This document shows, in pieces, positions 9,861 to 18,493 of a stretch of DNA of 64,000 nt; the first letter of the stretch is position 1; the number at the start of each line of letters is the position of its first letter. Origin of the DNA: an uncultured Solirubrobacteraceae bacterium (GTDB taxonomy: Bacteria > Actinomycetota > Thermoleophilia > Solirubrobacterales > Solirubrobacteraceae); assembly GCA_902806175.1 (NCBI GenBank), contig CADCVQ010000148.1, forward strand, positions 47,200-111,199, read 5' to 3'. The notes below the pieces were generated by a model, which worked only from the letters and a program-made list of their open reading frames with translations, was not told where the DNA came from and searched no databases. Position numbers and translations under genes: made by a program.

Positions 9861-11297
9861 ATGAACAGGTCAACGATCGCCTTCGACGACGGCACCGCGG
9901 ACAGGGACACGACCACAGCGGTCCAGGCACCGAGCCGCGTCGCGATGTGCAAGCTCATCGCTGCGGCGCTGGCGGCCATGACCATCGTGCTGGTGGCACC
10001 GGCCGGGGCCGGCGCCGCGATGACGTCCTTCAAGCCCGAGGCCCACGGCTTTCAATTCCAGAACAAGTTCAGCGTAAAGGTGCAGCTACGGTTTCCCAAG
10101 CTCGGGCTGAAGTCCATCAACCTCGGCAAGCATGGCTACGGCCTCTGCGGCGGGATGACCTACGCCGCCTTGGACTACTTCCGTGCGGGCAAGCCGATCC
10201 CGCCGGATCTCACGCAGCCGCGGCTGGGATCGCCGCTGTACAAGTACATCTTCCGCCGCCAGCTCGACACGTTGACCCTCGGCACGCTGGGCAAGTTCGC
10301 CACGATGCCGTTTGAGTCCACAACCGACCTTACGCGCCAGTCGCGGCGGGCGTTTCAGAACGTGATCAGAGGCGAGCTCGACCGCGGCCGTCCCGTTGCG
10401 CTGGGCCTGATCAAGACGAAGGGGCTTGACAGCTTCATGACGGGCAACCACCAGGTCTTGGCGATCGGCTACTCCCTGAGGCCCGTCACGATCACCACCA
10501 GGAAGTGCTTCCTCGGCATATGCAAGACGACGCGGCGCCGTGACAACGAGCCGATCATCGCGATCTACGATCCCAACTACCCCAGGCGAATCACCTACCT
10601 CCAGACCAACCACAACATCCAGACGTGGGACGAGGCCGGCAAGCAGTCGTTCACGAGGGTTCGCGGCTACTTTGCCACCCCGTACCGCTTCGCCTCGCCT
10701 CCGGCTCCGCCGCCGCCTCCGCCGCCGCTGTTCAACCCGCCTCCCCCTCCGCCACCGCCACCGCCGCCGCCACCCCCGCCACCGCCGCCGCCCCCGCCTC
10801 CCCCGGGCTCGATCAACACGTTGCTCGGGTTTGACGGCCTGCCGAACCAGACGCAGGTCAGGACCCAGTACCTGGCTTCGCACGGCATCACGTTTGGCAG
10901 GTCGTCGGACTTCAACATCAGCGGGGGAGCGCGCTGCGCGGGCGGCCAGATCAGAGAGCCCGGCATCTCCAGCGGCCCGTCGTTGAGCATCGGGTGCTTC
11001 ATCAACGAGCTCGCATGGGACTTCGGAACGGCGTTCAGGTTTGCCTCTGAGCAGCGCAGCGTGTCCTTCCTGATGCGGCTGAGCGCGCCGAACTCCCCGA
11101 AGACGGCCACCGTGCAAGCGTTCGGCGCCGGCGGCGGGGTGCTCGAGAGCCGCGACGTCACGCTCGGCCCGGGAGCGCCGGTCCTCGTCTCCTTCGCGCG
11201 CCCGAGCTCGCAGATCGCGGTCGTCAGGATCGCGGGCGGAGACACCTCTCAGCTCGAGGTCATGATCGACGATCTCTCCTACTCGCGCGATCCGTGA
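9861..11297 (+). CDS. Secreted two-domain protein: putative papain-fold cysteine peptidase domain, polyproline linker, unknown beta-rich C-terminal domain
   Basis: ATG at 9861 is preceded by AGGGGAG ten nucleotides upstream. Hydrophobic signal/anchor is MCKLIAAALAAMTIVLVAPAGAGAAM. Candidate Cys-His-Asp residues lie in GYGLCGGMTYAALDYF, GNHQVLAIGY and AIYDPNYP. A Pro run is followed by a domain of about 165 aa. Confidence 0.75.
   Translation: MNRSTIAFDDGTADRDTTTAVQAPSRVAMCKLIAAALAAMTIVLVAPAGAGAAMTSFKPEAHGFQFQNKFSVKVQLRFPKLGLKSINLGKHGYGLCGGMTYAALDYFRAGKPIPPDLTQPRLGSPLYKYIFRRQLDTLTLGTLGKFATMPFESTTDLTRQSRRAFQNVIRGELDRGRPVALGLIKTKGLDSFMTGNHQVLAIGYSLRPVTITTRKCFLGICKTTRRRDNEPIIAIYDPNYPRRITYLQTNHNIQTWDEAGKQSFTRVRGYFATPYRFASPPAPPPPPPPLFNPPPPPPPPPPPPPPPPPPPPPPPGSINTLLGFDGLPNQTQVRTQYLASHGITFGRSSDFNISGGARCAGGQIREPGISSGPSLSIGCFINELAWDFGTAFRFASEQRSVSFLMRLSAPNSPKTATVQAFGAGGGVLESRDVTLGPGAPVLVSFARPSSQIAVVRIAGGDTSQLEVMIDDLSYSRDP
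10698..10805 (+). repeat. (CCN)n tract encoding PPAPPPPPPPLFN followed by P x23
   Basis: Codon-by-codon reading gives 23 consecutive Pro codons at 10737-10805 (mixed CCG/CCA/CCC/CCT). A shorter run lies at 10698-10727. Confidence 0.92.
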
Positions 11298-11321
11298 CCG
11301 CTTGACGGTCGTTCTCTGACT

Positions 11322-11349
11322 CGGCGGTGCAGCTGCGGCTGCACCGCCG
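11322..11349. terminator. Stem-loop between convergent genes (polyPro protein and recN)
   Basis: CGGCGGTGCAGC-tgcg-GCTGCACCGCCG, a perfect 12-bp stem with a 4-nt loop. There is no strong U-tract. Confidence 0.55.
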
Positions 11350-11392
11350 GTCGTTCCCGGGGGGTTCAGACCTGCGGCGGCGACGATCGCGC

Positions 11393-13045
11393 TCAGGCCG
11401 CCCGCAACAGCTCCTCAGCATGCCTGCGCGCCGGCCCGTCCACGTCATCGGCACCGAGCATCCGCACGAGCTCGCGCACGACCTCGTCGTCGCGCAGCTC
11501 GCTCACCGTCGTCTGCGCCGGCGTCCGGCTCGTGTCCTTGGCGATCGCGAAGTGCCGCGCGGCGAGCGAGGCGACCTGCGGCAGGTGGGTGATGCAGATG
11601 ACCTGGCGATCGGCGGCGAGGTCGCGCAGCTGGTCGCCGACGGCGCGGGCGGTCTGGCCGCCGATGCCCGCGTCGACCTCGTCGAAGACGAGCGTCGCGC
11701 CGCCGCCCGCGGCGGCAACGCCCATCAGCGCGAGCATGACGCGCGAGAGCTCACCGCCGGAGGCGGTCTCGCGCAGCGGGCCGGCCGGCACGCCCGGGTT
11801 CGGCGCGATCAGGAACTCGACGCTGTCGGCGCCGGCCGGCCCCGGCGCGCGGGGCTCGAGCGAGACCTCGAACGCGGCGCCCTTCATCGCAAGCTCATCC
11901 AGGCGCGCGCGGACGGCGCGGGCGAGCTTCGGCCCTGCCGCGGCGCGCGCCTTGCGCAGTGCGTCGCTGCCGGCCTGCAGCGCGGCGCGCGCTTCTTTCA
12001 GGCGCGTCGCGGCCGCCGCGATCGCCACCTCGGCGGCGCCCAGCTCCGCGCGGCGCGCGCGGCACACCTCGGCGTGCGCGAGCACCGCGGCGATCGTGCC
12101 GCCGTGCTTTCGCTCGAGCCGCTCGAGCACGCTGAGGCGCTCCTCGACTGCGTCCAGGCGCCCCGGCTCGGCGCCGAGGCCGTCGGCGTACGCGCGCAGC
12201 TCGCGGGCGAGGTCCGCGGTCTCGTCGGCCAATGCGCGCCAGCGCTCCCCGAGCGTGTCGAGCGCCGGATCGATCCCGCGCGCGCCGAGCAAGCCGCGCT
12301 CCGCGCTCGCCAGCAGGCTCGCAATTCCCGTCTCGTCGGCGGCCGCCGCCTCGGCAGCGGTCAGCGCTGCCGTGCCGAGCGCCTCGACGTGACGCAGGCG
12401 GGCGCGCTCGGCGCGCAGCGCCAGCGCCTCCTCCTCGCTGGGCTCGACGGCATCGATCTCCGCGAGCTCGAAGTCGAGCAGGTCAAGCTCGCGCTCCCTC
12501 GCCCCAGCCAACGCCCGCAGCTGCGCGAGCGCCGCCTCGGCGTCGCGGGCCGCCGCGTACGCCGCTGCCACCGTCGCGCGCCGGGCGAGCTGCGCCTCGC
12601 CGCAGAAGCCGTCGAGGATGTCGAGCTGCGCTCCGGCGAGGGCGAGCTTGCGGTGCTCGTGCTGGCCGTAGAACGTGATCAGCGACTCGGCGAGCTCGCG
12701 CAGGTCGGTCACCGTCGCCGAGCGGCCGTTGACGAGCGCCCGCGTGCGCCCGTCCGCGCCGATGCGGCGGGCCAGCACGACCTCCGTCGCATCGGCCGCC
12801 AGCCGCTCGCCGAGCTCGCCGCGCAGCGCGTCGGGCAGCTCGAAGACCCCCTCGACATACGCCTCCGCCGCCCCGGGCCGCACGATGCCCGGCTTCGCGC
12901 GGCCGCCCAGCAGCAGGTCGAGCGCGTGCGCGAGCACGGTCTTGCCCGCGCCCGTCTCCCCCGTCAGGACGTTCAGGCCGGCCGCCAGGCGCAGCTCGGC
13001 CCGCTCGATCAGCAGGAGGTTCTCGACGCGCAGCTCGCAGAGCAT
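11393..13045 (-). CDS. recN: DNA repair protein RecN
   Basis: 550 aa. Has an N-terminal Walker A (LNVLTGETGAGKT), a long coiled-coil middle region, and a C-terminal SGGELSRVMLAL signature plus a Walker B-like FDEVDAGIGG. Confidence 0.95.
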   Translation of the reverse strand: MLCELRVENLLLIERAELRLAAGLNVLTGETGAGKTVLAHALDLLLGGRAKPGIVRPGAAEAYVEGVFELPDALRGELGERLAADATEVVLARRIGADGRTRALVNGRSATVTDLRELAESLITFYGQHEHRKLALAGAQLDILDGFCGEAQLARRATVAAAYAAARDAEAALAQLRALAGARERELDLLDFELAEIDAVEPSEEEALALRAERARLRHVEALGTAALTAAEAAAADETGIASLLASAERGLLGARGIDPALDTLGERWRALADETADLARELRAYADGLGAEPGRLDAVEERLSVLERLERKHGGTIAAVLAHAEVCRARRAELGAAEVAIAAAATRLKEARAALQAGSDALRKARAAAGPKLARAVRARLDELAMKGAAFEVSLEPRAPGPAGADSVEFLIAPNPGVPAGPLRETASGGELSRVMLALMGVAAAGGGATLVFDEVDAGIGGQTARAVGDQLRDLAADRQVICITHLPQVASLAARHFAIAKDTSRTPAQTTVSELRDDEVVRELVRMLGADDVDGPARRHAEELLRAA

Positions 13046-13106
13046 GAGCAGGGTGTACCAGCGACGCCCGACGGATCGCCGCAGTGCAGCACTTTCGTAA
13101 CGGCGG

Positions 13107-13979
13107 CTACGAGGACAGGCGGCCGAACTTCGCCCGCAGCCGCTTGTAGAACGACGATCCCGGCAGCTGTGCGAGCGATGCGCAGCGCGGCTGGAACGCT
13201 GCGTGGATGTCCTCGCCGGGCGCGACCTCGCAGACCGGCTGACCGTCGACGTTGACGTCGACCGGCTCGCGGCCGCGGTTGGTGACCGTCAGGATGTCGC
13301 CCGGCGCGACGACGAGTGCGCGCGCGGTCAGCGAGTGCGGCGAGATGAACGACACGCCGAAGCCCTCCACGCCCCACGCCAGCACCGGCCCGCCGTTTGC
13401 CAGGTTGTAGCCCGTCGAGCCTGCCGGCGTGCAGACGACGAGCCCGTCGCAGCGCACCGAGCCGACCTCCTCGCCCTGGACGCCGTAGGACAGCTGCGCG
13501 ACGCGCCCGCCGATCTTGCGGTGAAACGAGATGTCGTTGATCGCCTTGTGCTCCCTGCCGCTGGCGCTGCGAAACACGATCGCGGGCAGCGGCAGGACCT
13601 CGAACTCGCCGCCGATCGCCCGCTCGAAGCCGAACTCGTCGAGCTCCTCGGGCTCGATCGTCGCGAGGAAGCCGACCTCACCGAAGTTCACGGCGAAGAC
13701 CGGCACGCGCGTGCCGGCGTAGCAGCGCAGGCCCCTGAGGATCGTCCCGTCGCCGCCGAGCACGACGCACAGCTCGACCTCGCCGATGCGGGGCGCGCCG
13801 GCGACGATGACGCCGTCCGTGTCGGGCCGCAGGCCGTGCTTCTCGGTCTCGGCGTCGTCGAAGCGCAACGTGACGCCGTTGGCGCGGGCGCACGCGATCA
13901 GCCGCTGCAACGTCGGCGTCACCTCCGCGATCCGCTGGTGTGTCAGCACCGTGACCGAACGCCGCGCCGCCGCGCTCAT
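13107..13979 (-). CDS. nadK: NAD(+) kinase
   Basis: Start at MSAAARRSV (ATG at 13979), overlapping the tlyA stop as ATGA. Motifs LGGDGTILR, NFGEVGFL and TPAGSTGYNL are present. Confidence 0.92.
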   Translation of the reverse strand: MSAAARRSVTVLTHQRIAEVTPTLQRLIACARANGVTLRFDDAETEKHGLRPDTDGVIVAGAPRIGEVELCVVLGGDGTILRGLRCYAGTRVPVFAVNFGEVGFLATIEPEELDEFGFERAIGGEFEVLPLPAIVFRSASGREHKAINDISFHRKIGGRVAQLSYGVQGEEVGSVRCDGLVVCTPAGSTGYNLANGGPVLAWGVEGFGVSFISPHSLTARALVVAPGDILTVTNRGREPVDVNVDGQPVCEVAPGEDIHAAFQPRCASLAQLPGSSFYKRLRAKFGRLSS

Positions 13980-14770
13980 GGCTCGACCTCGCGCGCGGCG
14001 GCGTCGAGATCCTCGCCGACGTCGCCCGCGCGACCCGCCTCGGCGAGCCAGACGAAGCTCTCCTGGTTGCCCTTCGGTCCCGGCAGCCCGGAGGACGCGA
14101 AGCCGAGCACCGCTGCGCCGAGCACCCGCGCGCTCTGCGCCGCCGCCACGAGCGCGGCGCGGCGCTGGCCGGGATCGCGGACGACGCCGCCCTTGCCGAC
14201 GTGGCCGCGCCCGACCTCGAACTGCGGCTTGACCATGGTGAGCGCGTCGAAGGTCGGCGCCGTCACGGCGAGCACGGCCGGCAGGAGCTTCGCAAGCGCG
14301 ATGAACGACGCGTCGACGACGACGAGATCGGGCGCGTAGGGCAGGTCGGCAGGCGTGATCGAGCGCGCGTTCGTGCGCTCGGACACCGTCACGCGCGCGT
14401 CGTTTCGCAGGCCCCAGGCAAGCTCGCCGTAGGCCACGTCGAGCGCGATGACGTGCTCGGCGCCCGCCTGCAGCAGGCAGTCGGTGAAGCCGCCGGTGGA
14501 CGCGCCGACGTCGAGCGCGCGCCGCCCGCGCACGTCGATCTGCAGGCGCGCGAGCGCGTTGGCGAGCTTGATCCCGCCGCGCGACACGAAGCGCGGCGCC
14601 TCGTCGACGGCCACGACGACGTCCGGATCGACCATCTGGCCAGGCTTCTGCGCCCGCTGGCCGTTGCCGCCGACGCGCACCTCGCCCGCCATCACCGACG
14701 CGGCCGCGCGCGTGCGTGAATCGAACAGGCCGCGCTCGGCCAAGAGGGTGTCCAGGCGCACGCGGGCCAC
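13976..14770 (-). CDS. tlyA: TlyA family rRNA (cytidine-2'-O)-methyltransferase
   Basis: S4-like N-terminus RVRLDTLLAERGLFDSRTRAA and an FtsJ-type SAM motif LDVGASTGGFTD. The GTG at 14770 gives an N-terminus like mycobacterial TlyA. The track ORF extends to 14848, so the start is uncertain. Confidence 0.88.
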   Translation of the reverse strand: MARVRLDTLLAERGLFDSRTRAAASVMAGEVRVGGNGQRAQKPGQMVDPDVVVAVDEAPRFVSRGGIKLANALARLQIDVRGRRALDVGASTGGFTDCLLQAGAEHVIALDVAYGELAWGLRNDARVTVSERTNARSITPADLPYAPDLVVVDASFIALAKLLPAVLAVTAPTFDALTMVKPQFEVGRGHVGKGGVVRDPGQRRAALVAAAQSARVLGAAVLGFASSGLPGPKGNQESFVWLAEAGRAGDVGEDLDAAAREVEP

Positions 14771-14956
14771 GAGCCTCAACGGTAGCCGCTGCCCGTCGCG
14801 CGCCCCTGTGTGACACACCTCACCCATGACTGGCTGGTCAGCCAGCACACTGTCGGTGGGCGGCGAGTCCGAGGCCTTCTCCCGAATGGGTCTCCCATAT
14901 AAGGCTCTCCGCCAGCCGGACCCACAACCACATAGCAGTGTCTCTCCTCCCTGAAG

Positions 14957-14979
14957 CGGCCCGCCCTCCCGGCGGGCCG
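14957..14979 (-). terminator. Candidate stem-loop downstream of the poxB-like gene
   Basis: CGGCCCGCC-ctccc-GGCGGGCCG, a 9-bp GC stem lying 8 nt beyond the stop at 14987. The T-run is on the plus-strand side only, so orientation is uncertain. Confidence 0.4.
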
Positions 14980-14986
14980 TTTCGCG

Positions 14987-16795
14987 TCAGGAGCGGTGCG
15001 GCAGGAGCTCTTGCATCTTCTCGCGCAGGCTGCGCCTGATGATCTGCCGGCCGGCCGGGTCGCCGCCGAGCAGCGCGCCGGCCAGCGACCGTGCCTGCTC
15101 GAAGGTGATGTGCGGCGGCAGCGCCGCGATCTCGGGGTCGGTCAGGACATCCAGCACGACGGGACGATCGGCCGCCAGCGCGGCGTCCCACGCCGCCCCC
15201 ACGTCCTCGGGCCGCTCGACGCGGATCCCGTGCAGGCCCGCCAGTTCGGCATAGCGCGCGTAGGGGAAGTCGGGCAGGCTCTGGGAGGCGTCGAACTTCG
15301 GGTCGCCCTCCATCACGCGCTGCTCCCAGGTGACCTGGTTGAGGTCGCGGTTGTTGAGCACCAGGACGATCAGGCGCGGGTCGCTCCAGCGCTGCCAGTA
15401 CTTGCCGATCGTGATGAGCTCGTTGATGCCGTTCATCTGCATCGCGCCGTCGCCGGCCAACGCGATCGCGACGCGATCGGGATGGGCGAACTTCGCGGCG
15501 ATCGCGTACGGAACGGCGCAGCCCATCGACGCCAGCGTGCCCGATACCGACGCCTTCATGCCGCGCCGCAGCTTCAGGTCGCGGGCGTACCAGTTCGCGG
15601 CCGAGCCGGAGTCGGCCGACAGGATGCAGTTCTCGGGCAGGCGCGAGCTCAGCTCCCAGAAGACGCGCTGCGGGTTGATCGGGTCGCCGTCGTTCATCGC
15701 CCGCGCCTCGAGCACCTTCCACCAGTCCGCGACGCCGGTCTCGACGGTCGCGCGCCACGTGCGGTCGGTCTTGCGCTTCACCAGCGCGATCAGCGCGCGC
15801 AGCGTCTGCGCGCTGTCGCCGACGAGGTTGACCTCCATCGGGTAGCGGATGCCGATCATCCGCGCGTCGATGTCGATCTGCACCCCGCGCGCCCGGCCCT
15901 CCTCGGGCAGGAACTCCGCATACGGAAAGCTCGAGCCGACCATCAGCAGGGTGTCGCAGTCCTCCATCAGGTCCCAGCTGGGCTTCGTGCCCAGCAGGCC
16001 GATCGAGCCGGTGACGTACGGCACGTCGTCGGGCACCGCGGCCTTGCCGAGCAGCGCCTTCGCGATGCCCGCGCCGAGCAGCTCGGCGATCTCGATGACC
16101 TCGTCGGTCGCGTCCAGCGCCCCCGCGCCGACGAGGATCGCGACGCGCCGGCCCGCGTCGAGCACCTCCGCCGCCCGGCGCAGCGCGCCGTCGCTCGGCA
16201 GCAGCGAGGACTCGCTGTAGCCGGCGGCCGAGTGGACCGTCCCGTGCTCCCGGGGCGCCTGCGCCACCGCGTCCTGCGCCTGCAGGTCGTTGGGCACGAT
16301 CAGGCAGGTGACGGTGCGCTCGGCGCGCGCGATCCGCACGGCGCGATCGACGAGGTGGCGGATCTGCGTCGGGTCGGTCGCCATGTGCACGTACTCGTGG
16401 GCGACGTCCTTGAACAGCGAGACGAGGTCGACCTCCTGCTGGTAGTTGCCGCCCAGCGCGCTGAGCGCCTGCTGGCCGACGATCGCCACCACCGGCTGGT
16501 GATCGAGCTTGGCGTCGTAGAGGCCGTTGAGCAGGTGGATCGCACCGGGCCCCGACGTCGCCAGGCAGACTCCGACCTCGCCGGAGTACTTCGCGTGCGC
16601 GCACGCCATGAAGGCCGCCATCTCCTCGTGACGGACCTGCACGAACTCCAGCGGCCCGTCGCCGTCGATGCCGCCGCCGGCGCGGTTCAGGGCGCCCATG
16701 ATCCCGTTGATCCCGTCGCCCGGGTAGCCATAGATGCGGCGCACGCCGTTGGCGGTGAGGCGCTCGATCAGGTGGTCGCCGACGTTCTGGCTCAC
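14987..16795 (-). CDS. Thiamine-diphosphate-dependent pyruvate oxidase / pyruvate dehydrogenase (quinone)-like enzyme
   Basis: 602 aa (GTG start). The N-terminus VGDHLIERLTANGVRRIYGYPGDGINGI...VRHEEMAAFMA and the TPP-binding GDGAMQMNGINEL are typical of PoxB/acetolactate-synthase-type enzymes. Confidence 0.87.
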   Translation of the reverse strand: MSQNVGDHLIERLTANGVRRIYGYPGDGINGIMGALNRAGGGIDGDGPLEFVQVRHEEMAAFMACAHAKYSGEVGVCLATSGPGAIHLLNGLYDAKLDHQPVVAIVGQQALSALGGNYQQEVDLVSLFKDVAHEYVHMATDPTQIRHLVDRAVRIARAERTVTCLIVPNDLQAQDAVAQAPREHGTVHSAAGYSESSLLPSDGALRRAAEVLDAGRRVAILVGAGALDATDEVIEIAELLGAGIAKALLGKAAVPDDVPYVTGSIGLLGTKPSWDLMEDCDTLLMVGSSFPYAEFLPEEGRARGVQIDIDARMIGIRYPMEVNLVGDSAQTLRALIALVKRKTDRTWRATVETGVADWWKVLEARAMNDGDPINPQRVFWELSSRLPENCILSADSGSAANWYARDLKLRRGMKASVSGTLASMGCAVPYAIAAKFAHPDRVAIALAGDGAMQMNGINELITIGKYWQRWSDPRLIVLVLNNRDLNQVTWEQRVMEGDPKFDASQSLPDFPYARYAELAGLHGIRVERPEDVGAAWDAALAADRPVVLDVLTDPEIAALPPHITFEQARSLAGALLGGDPAGRQIIRRSLREKMQELLPHRS

Positions 16796-17008
16796 GCGCA
16801 GCTCCGCTGCAGCGCGGCGATGGCCGGCGCCGTCAACGAGGCGCAGACGGCGAGAGGCAACGCGTCGATCGCGATCTTCCTGGGTCCCATAGACGACCTC
16901 CAGACGATTGGATGGTGCCCCCGGTCTGCCCGGCGGCGCCCCCTTTTCACGCGGCGCGAGTGCGCGTTCACATTTCCGTCAGGTGCGCGGGCGCCGCGCG
17001 CAGCTGCG

Positions 17009-17467
17009 TCAGAACGTCCCGCCGGGCCACGCCACGCCGTCGTAGCGCTCGATCACGGGCCCGGCCGGCGGCGGCACGTCGCAGAGCAGCGACGTGCGGG
17101 TGAGCGTTCCCGCGAAGATGCGCGCGAACGGGTCGGCGCTCCACGAAACGGGGCGGCGGGTGACGGTGATGGCTCCGCCGTAGCGGGCTTCGTCGAGCGC
17201 GAGCGTCGTGACGCAGACGAGCGCCTCGCCCAGCAGCGGGATCCACCACGCCAGCGCGTCGCGGCGCACCTGCTGGACCTCGGGCTGGTCGAAGGCAAGC
17301 GTTGCGCCGGCGTCGGGCAGCGCGCAGACGTGGGCATAGGCGTCCCGCACGGGCTCGCCCTGCACGCAGCGCGCGTCGACCATGAAACAGCGCCCCGGCG
17401 CGTCGCCGGAACGCAGGGCGTGACCGTCGAATGCCAGCAGCGCCGCGCCCCGCGGCAGATCACTCAT
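17009..17467 (-). CDS. Hypothetical protein (152 aa)
   Basis: Start taken at MSDLPRG (ATG at 17467), overlapping the upstream stop by 8 nt. Coding-like composition but no family recognised. Confidence 0.5.
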   Translation of the reverse strand: MSDLPRGAALLAFDGHALRSGDAPGRCFMVDARCVQGEPVRDAYAHVCALPDAGATLAFDQPEVQQVRRDALAWWIPLLGEALVCVTTLALDEARYGGAITVTRRPVSWSADPFARIFAGTLTRTSLLCDVPPPAGPVIERYDGVAWPGGTF

Positions 17468-17978
17468 ACACGCGGAAGTCGGCGCGGACGTCGCGCGAGA
17501 TCGCGCGCATGTCGCGGCGCAGATCCTCGACGGTCGGACGGCCCCAGTACCAGTAGCCGTCGTAGGCGGCATGGATGACGAGATCGGGGCGCAGCGTGAA
17601 GGCCGTCGGGCGATAGGGGCGATGCAACGTGTCGCGTTCTTCGAGCAGGCCCAGCCGGTCCAGCCAGACGCGGTCGGGATCGGACAGGAACGTGAAGCGG
17701 GCGCCGAGGCCGGCGCGGAACGCCGCCTGCACCTCGGAGCTGTCGATGCTCACGACGACGATGCGCGCGTAGGCGACCTCGAACTCGTCCTGCAGCGCGG
17801 TCACCTCGCGCAGGTGGCGCTGCTCCTTCGGGCACCACCAGCCGCGCGAGAACAGCAGCGCCAGCGGGTCGCCGCCGGCGAGCTCCGACAGCCGGCGCGC
17901 CCGGCCCGTGTGGTCGGGCAGGTCGAGGTCCGGGAAGCGACGACCCGCGACGAGCCGCTCGCTGACCGCCTCGCTCAC
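17460..17978 (-). CDS. Redoxin/peroxiredoxin-like thioredoxin-fold protein
   Basis: FPDLDLPDHTGRARRLSEL...LLFSRGWWCPKEQRHL is an AhpC/TSA-like pattern with a single Cys. The GTG at 17978 overlaps the upstream stop as GTGA. Confidence 0.68.
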   Translation of the reverse strand: MSEAVSERLVAGRRFPDLDLPDHTGRARRLSELAGGDPLALLFSRGWWCPKEQRHLREVTALQDEFEVAYARIVVVSIDSSEVQAAFRAGLGARFTFLSDPDRVWLDRLGLLEERDTLHRPYRPTAFTLRPDLVIHAAYDGYWYWGRPTVEDLRRDMRAISRDVRADFRVYE

Positions 17979-18394
17979 GCCATCCGCTCGTAGGCGACGC
18001 TGGTCGCCAGCACGTACAGACCCTTGTGCAACACGTCGGGAGCCAGCTCGCCGAGGCTCCACTTCCAGGGCCAGGGCGCGATCCCGAGAACCTTGTAGAG
18101 CACGACGTCAGAGCTCCACATCAGCGCGAAATGCGCCGACATGGCCGCCGGGTTCTGCAGCCCGGCACGGGCGATCGCGGCGCGAACCAGCCCGTGGTTG
18201 ACACCGTGAGCCCAGTGCATGCGCGTCGAGATGCGCGCCAGCGCCGCGTCGTCCTGCGGCGCAAGGCCCAGCAGCTTCGAAGCGACGTGTCCGGGCACCA
18301 TCGACGGCGGGCGGCCGCTGACGCGCATCTCCACTGCCTGACCTGCGGTCATCGCGGCAGTTCCTATCAATCCGGCGAGGGTTCCTTTGATCAT
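17975..18394 (-). CDS. Small membrane protein, hypothetical
   Basis: 139-aa ORF with hydrophobic segments (GTLAGLIGTAAMTAG and LYVLATSVAY). First gene of a three-gene overlapping string. Confidence 0.55.
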   Translation of the reverse strand: MIKGTLAGLIGTAAMTAGQAVEMRVSGRPPSMVPGHVASKLLGLAPQDDAALARISTRMHWAHGVNHGLVRAAIARAGLQNPAAMSAHFALMWSSDVVLYKVLGIAPWPWKWSLGELAPDVLHKGLYVLATSVAYERMA

Positions 18395-18493
18395 CTACGT
18401 CAGCTACCCGAGCCTGGACCAAACCACCGCACGCGCACCAGGTGTCACGAGATCGTCAGATCTGCGGCGCGCGGTGCTGGTAGATGTGTATGC

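Noticed and set aside
10667-11245. Minus-strand ORF with a poly-Gly run
   Set aside because: It is simply the reverse complement of the polyproline (CCN)n tract. The plus-strand gene has a ribosome-binding site, a signal peptide and ordered domains.
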